Assembly: GCA_964013405.1 (NCBI GenBank)
Contig: CAXGWI010000014.1
Span: forward strand, 1 to 43,743
DNA from: an uncultured Myxococcales bacterium
GTDB lineage: Bacteria > Myxococcota > UBA4151
Direction: 5' to 3'
DNA: 43,743 bases
Shown: piece after piece, positions 37,593 through 43,743 of the stretch
Layout: the number at the start of each line of letters is the position of its first letter
Position numbering within the stretch: position 1 is the stretch's first letter
Notes under the pieces: generated by a model
Database searches by the model: none
What the model was told of the DNA's origin: nothing
Seen by the model: only the letters and a program-made list of their open reading frames with translations
Program-made: the position numbers and the translations under genes

Positions 37593-40500
37593 GCCAGTGG
37601 AGCATCAAATTCTTTGGCTGGTTCTGGTTCGGGTCGAGCCCCGACACATTGCCGCCTCCTGCCTCGCCAGGCAAGAGATTGAAACGGCCCCCATCTGCCT
37701 CCTGGATCTCCCCGTCGACGGTCACCCGAACCACCGCATTGAGACGCCCGCTATCGGGGGAGTACGAGTACAGACGACCATCGGCCAGATAGGAGGGTGG
37801 TGGTGGCTCGGCTCCACAGGTCTCCTGTGTTGGATCACAAAGCACCACGTTGCAGGTCAACTCACAGCGGTCCAAATTCACACAGCGCATACGATGGGTA
37901 GCGCCGCCGCAGGTATCCCCGCCCTGCACAGTGGTAAAGAATGCAGTCCGCTCGGCGACGATTGGCCGGCCCACTGGATGTTCTGAAGAAGGCATGCGCG
38001 CCCCGCCCCCCGCAGGACGGGCCCTCAGCAAGTCACAGCCTCGCCGCAAGGTTGCATTGGAGGCGACCCCGGCCCGATGATCAGTGTGAACTTGGAGCGC
38101 ACCCTTGCGACCTGTCGCACCCACTTCTTTCACATCGGCCGAACTCAAAATCAGGTCGAGCGTGGGGGCCTCAAGGGCCGCGATGTCGATGACTGGAGCG
38201 CCAGTCATCGGTAGGGCCCGATTGTAGGTGCCCTGCCGTAGCATCAGTCGGGGGCCTCGGTTGGTGAAATGGAGGGTCAGCATCCGCCCAGCGGTTGTGC
38301 CGAAGTAGACAAAGTCCAGATTCCCATCGCCGTCATGATCCAAGGCAGAAGCGTCGGCCATGACCCCTTGAGTATTGGGCAAACGAGGCCGGCGCTCAGC
38401 GATCACTGATCCATCGGCCAAGTCGAGAACATAGACCGTCACCCGATCATTACACCACCGACCTTTGCAATTCCGGTTGTTGCCGGCTCCAGGTACCGAA
38501 TCAACCCCCGACGCAAACACTGCCACCGAGCGCCTCGCACCTTGGCGGTCCTGAATCCGCCCCATGACTGGCAGGCTCCAGGTCTCGCCCATCCCCGAGT
38601 CGGTGAACTCCCAGAGGGGAGTCGGGCCCGCCGGATCTGCAACGTCTAGAGCCACCATGTGTCGGCCTCCGGTGCCCAGGGCACAGAGAAGAACCGCCGA
38701 CCATCCCCCCCGCCGACGGGCGTGTTCCAGATCGAGCTTCGCTTCGAAGAGACGACAGCGGTTGTCGACCATGCCCAACTGATCATGACGGAAGTCGCTG
38801 AAGTCACCGGTAAACGCCTCCCGCAGGCGGGGTTGAACTGCGCGAGGTAAATAGGCCCAAGCCTCTTCGCCGGCCTCGTGCTCCTGGTTGAGCAGCTCAT
38901 AGCCATCGACCTCACTGTCGTTGGCGAAGAAGGCATGAATCAAGTGACCCGCGGGCACATAGATCATGGGCGGTGACTCCCGAACAGCGTCGGCATAAAG
39001 CTTATAGCTGGCTTCGGAGGCCAAAAGGTTCTGGTCCAAGCCCAACTCAGCCGTGACCGGCGAGCTGTGCACGAGCGGACCAAGCTTCCATTGATTCACG
39101 CCGTCGATGTAGCCACGGCTCGAATCGACGATTTCATCACCTGTGGTCGCTTCGGGTGCCTGCGGATTAATCAGCGCACCGCGAAGCCGCATGACCATCC
39201 GCCCCAAGGCCAAGCGACGATCAAAGTCATCCCCGGCGGCGTGGCCTGAGCGGTTGATGTCCGGCACTCGGCGACACAGATCGTTGGCGGCTTCACCACC
39301 GTCACACTTCAAGCGAGTGTTGCGATACCAGAGCAGGCGATCTTCTTGCGGCACGGGCCAAGTCAACTCCACCCGTCTCAGGCTCTCACCAGGGAAGTTC
39401 CCGTCGATGGCACCTCGAGGATTCACCTCAAGGGCGGAGAACATGCGCCGGGGCTTGTTCACGACGGTCGCGGCATTGCCCCGTGGGTAACTTGTGCGTT
39501 GGGCCAACAAAGCACCGGCATCCCAGCGTAGACTGGGCTCACCTCGAAAGGTCCACTTGTTGGCGTAGTCTTGTTCTTCGTGAAAGAGGCGGAACGCATA
39601 GAGATGGCCCCGGTGCCCAGGCAGCTCCGTCGTTGGAACAAGCATGCCGTTATCCCGAACTCGGCCAATCTCAGCCGCACGGGTCCATAGGGTTGTAACC
39701 TCAGATCGCGCCCCCTGGAACTCGCCTTGCTCAAGGCTTCCGAAGGCTTCATTCAGGGCGGCACTTAACTCCTCGGGACGGCGTGCAAACAAGGCTTCCC
39801 CAGCGAATGTGTCCACGTTGCCGGTCTCCGGGTCTCGAGCCAGACCCCCAGCCCGAGCCAAGCCATTAAGGACCTCCCGGTTAGACCCAAACCGAAACTC
39901 AGGTCCAAAGCCCACGACGAGCGTTTTGATGGTGTCCGCACCGGCTCGAATGCCTCGAGCACGGCTTAACTCTCGCCGCACGTTCGATCTGGAATTGTTC
40001 GGCGTACTGCACCACTCTACGCTGTCTGTGACATAGATATTGAAATGTCGGCGACAGGACTCCTGGGCCCGAGCACCCCGATTTGCATTCCGCTCATGCA
40101 TGCGCCGAGCCAAATTCAACATCCCCTGGGCATTGCTAGAACCAAGCCCGCGCAACTCTGGGTCCATCGGGCTTGCCCCTTGATCCACTCGACCGTTCAA
40201 CCAACGAAGCGCCTCGGGGCGACTCTCCTCGATGGGCTTCGAGTCCACGCTGACAAAGGAGCGGTGACCAAAGGCCGGCGCAGTTTCTTCACAAACCGCA
40301 CGCGACGGGGCTCGCATGTGCAGAAGCTGCATCTCTCCCCGGGGCCCCGGTGGGAAGCGATAGCTCGGTGCAGGGGTGCAATTCTGGCGTCCGTTGCCGT
40401 CCCGACAGTCCTCGGGCGACGCATCCCAGGTCTGACCGGAGTGAAGCAGGGCCAACTTACCGCTGTCCATCTGCTCAATCGCATCGTGAAGTTCGGCCTT

Positions 40501-40764
40501 CACATACTGGAAACGGGATCGGCCATCGCCGATTTTACAGAACGTCCGCTGGCCTGCCAGGCGCTCATCCTGGTCTCCATCACCGAAGCAGTAGTTGTAC
40601 TGGTTGTCACCACAGAGGTCGTAGGTCATGCTCGCGGAGGTATCCACAGCGACCACCACATCGGGCCCGAGGGGACTTCCGATACTGCGGGGCAGATAGT
40701 CGGCTAAGACCGTCGAAGGCACCAGACCCCCGACGAGAACACCACAGAGAAGAAGCCGGCTCAT
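37579..40764 (-). CDS. pilY1: PilY1/PilC type IV pilus tip adhesin with vWA domain
   Basis: MIDAS-like DTSAS; PilC propeller motifs 'LGPLVHSSP', 'GEEAWAYLP', 'ALDVADP..PLWEF', 'GETWSLP'; Ca-binding loop DHDGDGNLD; C-terminal WREV. Confidence 0.9.
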   Translation of the reverse strand: MSRLLLCGVLVGGLVPSTVLADYLPRSIGSPLGPDVVVAVDTSASMTYDLCGDNQYNYCFGDGDQDERLAGQRTFCKIGDGRSRFQYVKAELHDAIEQMDSGKLALLHSGQTWDASPEDCRDGNGRQNCTPAPSYRFPPGPRGEMQLLHMRAPSRAVCEETAPAFGHRSFVSVDSKPIEESRPEALRWLNGRVDQGASPMDPELRGLGSSNAQGMLNLARRMHERNANRGARAQESCRRHFNIYVTDSVEWCSTPNNSRSNVRRELSRARGIRAGADTIKTLVVGFGPEFRFGSNREVLNGLARAGGLARDPETGNVDTFAGEALFARRPEELSAALNEAFGSLEQGEFQGARSEVTTLWTRAAEIGRVRDNGMLVPTTELPGHRGHLYAFRLFHEEQDYANKWTFRGEPSLRWDAGALLAQRTSYPRGNAATVVNKPRRMFSALEVNPRGAIDGNFPGESLRRVELTWPVPQEDRLLWYRNTRLKCDGGEAANDLCRRVPDINRSGHAAGDDFDRRLALGRMVMRLRGALINPQAPEATTGDEIVDSSRGYIDGVNQWKLGPLVHSSPVTAELGLDQNLLASEASYKLYADAVRESPPMIYVPAGHLIHAFFANDSEVDGYELLNQEHEAGEEAWAYLPRAVQPRLREAFTGDFSDFRHDQLGMVDNRCRLFEAKLDLEHARRRGGWSAVLLCALGTGGRHMVALDVADPAGPTPLWEFTDSGMGETWSLPVMGRIQDRQGARRSVAVFASGVDSVPGAGNNRNCKGRWCNDRVTVYVLDLADGSVIAERRPRLPNTQGVMADASALDHDGDGNLDFVYFGTTAGRMLTLHFTNRGPRLMLRQGTYNRALPMTGAPVIDIAALEAPTLDLILSSADVKEVGATGRKGALQVHTDHRAGVASNATLRRGCDLLRARPAGGGARMPSSEHPVGRPIVAERTAFFTTVQGGDTCGGATHRMRCVNLDRCELTCNVVLCDPTQETCGAEPPPPSYLADGRLYSYSPDSGRLNAVVRVTVDGEIQEADGGRFNLLPGEAGGGNVSGLDPNQNQPKNLMLHWREVY

Positions 40765-41327
40765 CGTGGACTCCTTGGTAGCTCAGCGATACTCGTCACC
40801 GAACCTCGAGAGCCGCTCTGACTTGCGAGGGCCCGATCCGAAAGTGCTCCTTGGGCCTCCCGGTCTACTGCGGTCAGGCCTGGATCGAAGGTCTCAACAA
40901 TGGCCGAAATCCGAGACGTTGCGTAGATCCTGTCGCCGCGACGAATCGAGCCTTCGCTAAGAACTCGGAACTGATTTGGCGGCAATGGCGCGCCATCGGG
41001 CTCACAACAAAAGCCAACCTTCACCGTATAGTGACCTCGGCGGGTATTTGTCAGGCCATCGACGGGTGTCAGGGGGATGATCTCAAAGCCTTCGCGCCCA
41101 GCGGCTGCGGCGCGGACGCCATCGGCACGAATCGCCTGGGCAAAGAAGTGGGCCATGCCCGCCTCGGCTGCAAAGCGAGCCACCTTCGCACGGCGCCGAT
41201 TGCCCGCGATCAGAATCTCGTCTCGAGACGCGACCAGAATCCCCACGGCCGCCATACCGACCACGGTAATCATCGCCATCGTGATGATGAGAGCGACGCC
41301 CTTACGTTTAAAGGGGTAGTGACTCAT
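40761..41327 (-). CDS. pilX: Minor pilin PilX-like
   Basis: KRKG|VALII leader lacking Glu5; 'IAGN..ARFAAEAG' PilX N-terminal motif. Confidence 0.85.
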   Translation of the reverse strand: MSHYPFKRKGVALIITMAMITVVGMAAVGILVASRDEILIAGNRRRAKVARFAAEAGMAHFFAQAIRADGVRAAAAGREGFEIIPLTPVDGLTNTRRGHYTVKVGFCCEPDGAPLPPNQFRVLSEGSIRRGDRIYATSRISAIVETFDPGLTAVDREAQGALSDRALASQSGSRGSVTSIAELPRSPR

Positions 41328-42274
41328 CCACCCCCCCTTCCGGCGACATATGAGCGCCAGGCCATGACATTCTTCGCCACAAGCCCAATCTCAAAATAGC
41401 GGAGGCCCTTGCTGATCCCCTGCTCACCCCCCGGATCACAGACGTACTGCGCAATCCCGCTCCGCCCATCACGAATTTTCCGGCCGTCTCCTGCGCAGAA
41501 ACGAAGATGCACCCCTGCGATCAAGGAGCCCGTCCGCAAGGTATCCCAGTCCTGTTGGTCACCGGGACGCCCATCACCGTTCACGTCGAAGAGTTCATTT
41601 TGTACAAGAGCCGCGGCTGGCGTCAGGTCACGGTCCAGCGGGTGGTCAATCATCATCCGTCGAGTAACAGTGGCCTGGTTCGCAGCATTCCGAGTCAGAA
41701 TATCGTAGCGAAAGGCGGCACCATCGGGCGGGATGACAAGGGCGTCGGCCAAGACCATACACTGCCACGGCGAACCGACCTCGCCGGTGCGGAAGGCCCT
41801 CCTCAAGCGCCAGAGGTTCCGAACGTTGTCGTATTTCTCAAAGAAGTAGGCGACCTCCTCGTCCAGATCGTCCAAGGTCCCATCGGGGGTCTGCCCCACG
41901 GCGCCGGGCACCATATCGGCCGAGGCCGTGGCCGGAAAGCGGTCGGAGCGCAAAACAACCAGTTGGGGCTTCACGATCGAAAAGCCCACCTCAGGCGTCG
42001 CAGGCGTGTCGATCTCGATATTGCAGAACCCACGTGGTCGAGCCACGCCCTGACTCAGCCCCCCGGTGTTGGCCCGCATCCCCGCATGTTCGATGTCGGC
42101 ACGAATCAAATCGACGGCCGCGGTCGCCGTTGAGGTCGCATCCTGTCGCCCTTGATTTCTCGTCAGCGCATCATTCAAGCGGACGCTAAGCTCCAGCACC
42201 ATCCCGGTCACCACCGCGCTTAAACTGATGGCGACCATCAATTCGATCAGCGTATGTCCACGACGAATCATCAT
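41324..42274 (-). CDS. pilW: Minor pilin PilW-like
   Basis: RRG|HTLIELMVAI class III signal; 'DIEHAG' motif; position in the operon. Confidence 0.82.
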   Translation of the reverse strand: MMIRRGHTLIELMVAISLSAVVTGMVLELSVRLNDALTRNQGRQDATSTATAAVDLIRADIEHAGMRANTGGLSQGVARPRGFCNIEIDTPATPEVGFSIVKPQLVVLRSDRFPATASADMVPGAVGQTPDGTLDDLDEEVAYFFEKYDNVRNLWRLRRAFRTGEVGSPWQCMVLADALVIPPDGAAFRYDILTRNAANQATVTRRMMIDHPLDRDLTPAAALVQNELFDVNGDGRPGDQQDWDTLRTGSLIAGVHLRFCAGDGRKIRDGRSGIAQYVCDPGGEQGISKGLRYFEIGLVAKNVMAWRSYVAGRGGG

Positions 42275-42777
42275 CGTTGCACCCGGAATGTGGTTTCAAT
42301 GGAATGCACTCGCCGGTCACTGCTGCGCCAACCCACTTGGACTTCAACGCGATCGAGATTGCTGTCGCCGGCCAATACGGTCTCTCGCTGAATCGTCCAG
42401 GCAACCATGTACCGATCCGAGACATCCTCCCGGGAGATCAGCGCATTGTTGCCCACTTCGATGCAGCCGTCGGGGGCTGGGGGCACCCGCGGGTCGAGGG
42501 AGGCGAGCCAGTAACAAACGGGCCCACCCACCGGTGTCGCCATGACGTTCGGTGGTTGGTCGGCGGGCCCAGGATAGACCAAGTCATTCGCTCGACCCGT
42601 TGTCACCCGATCAGCGACCAGGTTCATGACCTCGCTGGACTTGTTCAAGTCGTGGGCCTGACGACCGGCCTTCAAACCCATGAGAATCAAGGGAGCCATG
42701 CCGCTCATCGCCAGCGCAAAGATCATCGAAGCCATCAAAACCTCGATCAGCGTAAAGCCTCGGCGCTCCTGCATCAT
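42271..42777 (-). CDS. pilV: Minor pilin PilV-like
   Basis: RRG|FTLIEVLMA class III signal; C-terminal 'VEVQVGW'; ATGA overlap with the upstream gene. Confidence 0.82.
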   Translation of the reverse strand: MMQERRGFTLIEVLMASMIFALAMSGMAPLILMGLKAGRQAHDLNKSSEVMNLVADRVTTGRANDLVYPGPADQPPNVMATPVGGPVCYWLASLDPRVPPAPDGCIEVGNNALISREDVSDRYMVAWTIQRETVLAGDSNLDRVEVQVGWRSSDRRVHSIETTFRVQR

Positions 42778-43409
42778 TTCCACATGCCCCCGTTAAAACC
42801 GTAGGCTCGGGTGCTGCCGGTAAGACCGTTAAAGGCAATGGCTCGATTGTATTGACTGGGCTCTACACCCCCGGGGTACGTTGGAACGACGGAAAATGCG
42901 CCCGTGACCGGAAGGCCATTGATATCGACAAAGAGCCCTCGGGGGGTTGCGAAGATCGTCTCGATTCGCCCACCACTGCAAAAAGTGCAGGGCAACTCAT
43001 CCAGCTCTGCGTAGGGCTCAGGCAAGCTGGGCAGCCCAGAAGCGACCTCAGACTCCATGATTTTGATCCCCTTAGGCCACTCTTTTGCGGCCTCCCGACG
43101 GCGGGTCTCCGTCGTGAGTTCTTTGAGGATTTCATGACTGGAAACTCGGAAGAATTCCCGGCCGTTCGGCGTCCCGATCGCATAGACTGTGATGGTATTA
43201 TAAGTCCTGTTAAATGAGATACCTACGTTATTCCTACGCCGCACCGCCTCAGAGCGGGCATAGCGCAAAGTCAGCATGGCCTGACGGGCTGCAGAGTTCA
43301 CCGTCGAGCGTTTCCTAGACTCCAAAAAACCCGGCACTGCCAGCGTCCCCATCACGCCGATGAGCGCGACGACGGTCATCATCTCTGCCAGGGTCATCCC
43401 ACGCTGCAA
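42774..43409 (-). CDS. Minor pilin FimU/FimT-like (GspH family); start TTG 43409 or GTG 43418
   Basis: QRG|MTLAEMMTVVALIGV..AVP and 'LRYARSEAVRR'; GGAG lies 8 nt before TTG 43409. Confidence 0.85.
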   Translation of the reverse strand: MQRGMTLAEMMTVVALIGVMGTLAVPGFLESRKRSTVNSAARQAMLTLRYARSEAVRRRNNVGISFNRTYNTITVYAIGTPNGREFFRVSSHEILKELTTETRRREAAKEWPKGIKIMESEVASGLPSLPEPYAELDELPCTFCSGGRIETIFATPRGLFVDINGLPVTGAFSVVPTYPGGVEPSQYNRAIAFNGLTGSTRAYGFNGGMWK

Positions 43410-43445
43410 ACCGTACACTCCAAGCCCGATACTCAACGGGTAAGC

Positions 43446-43461
43446 TGCATGGTCTATGCCA
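43446..43461 (-). promoter_or_regulatory. Sigma54 promoter of the minor pilin operon
   Basis: Minus strand TGGCATAGACCATGCA (GG-N10-GC) in the gap between the glycosyltransferase stop and the pilin start. Confidence 0.7.
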
Positions 43462-43488
43462 GATTGCCTCGTGCGCGCGAGGGTGCGC

Positions 43489-43743
43489 TTAAGGGCGCGG
43501 GGGGCCGGTTCCGCCCCGGCCCTGGAGCAAGCGCTCGTAGAGGGCAACGTGCTGGGGCACGATGTGCCGAATATCAAAATGATCGAGCCCTTCTGGGCCA
43601 GCCGCAGAGAAGCGCTCGTACAATGCCGGGTCGCCGAGGATGCGCAAACAGGCTTCCGCAACTTGATCTGGTCGATGCATGGGTACCACGAGGCCGTGGC
43701 GACCGTGCTCGATCGCCTCCGGGTTGCCGCAGGTATCCGTCAC
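43489..43743 (-). CDS. GT4-family glycosyltransferase, C-terminal fragment (runs off the right edge)
   Basis: 'VTDTCGNPEAIEHGRHGLVVP..VAEAC..IL.DP..F..LYE' matches the GT-B/GT4 C-terminus. Confidence 0.85.
   Translation of the reverse strand: MTDTCGNPEAIEHGRHGLVVPMHRPDQVAEACLRILGDPALYERFSAAGPEGLDHFDIRHIVPQHVALYERLLQGRGGTGPPRP

Noticed and set aside
43419..43661. Long N-terminal extension of the FimU-like ORF
   Set aside because: Overlaps the glycosyltransferase and the sigma54 promoter; prepilin leaders are short.

Overview
GC-rich (about 60-65% by eye) bacterial window. Its gene content (Hanks-type kinase, GYF_2/TPR proteins, Cys-rich lipoproteins, fimU-pilV-pilW-pilX-pilY1 cluster) suggests Myxococcota or a related deltaproteobacterium; this is an inference. 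Left to right: a partial Ser/Thr kinase, a large membrane TPR protein, small envelope/lipoprotein operons, and a FabG4-like reductase plus FadI-like thiolase behind a tandem palindromic operator. Next come a 2526-aa secreted repeat protein, two large lipoproteins, a GYF_2/J-like/TPR/CPBP-protease fusion and tRNA-Val. Then a two-gene exosortase cassette, tRNA-Leu-tig-clpP-clpX-lon, divergent gshB/gshA, an OmpA-domain protein, a type IV minor pilin/PilY1 operon and a partial glycosyltransferase. The best candidate for an undescribed system is the cassette at 26813-27811. A consensus sigma54 promoter precedes a 54-aa gene made only of a signal peptide, Gly11 and an AEP/TM/basic sorting tail. That gene appears translationally coupled (CTGA overlap) to an exosortase with an intact Cys-Arg-His triad. 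Three more sigma54-type promoters precede other surface-structure genes. No CRISPR array, integrase or transposase was seen. All domain calls come from motif recognition, not database searches.
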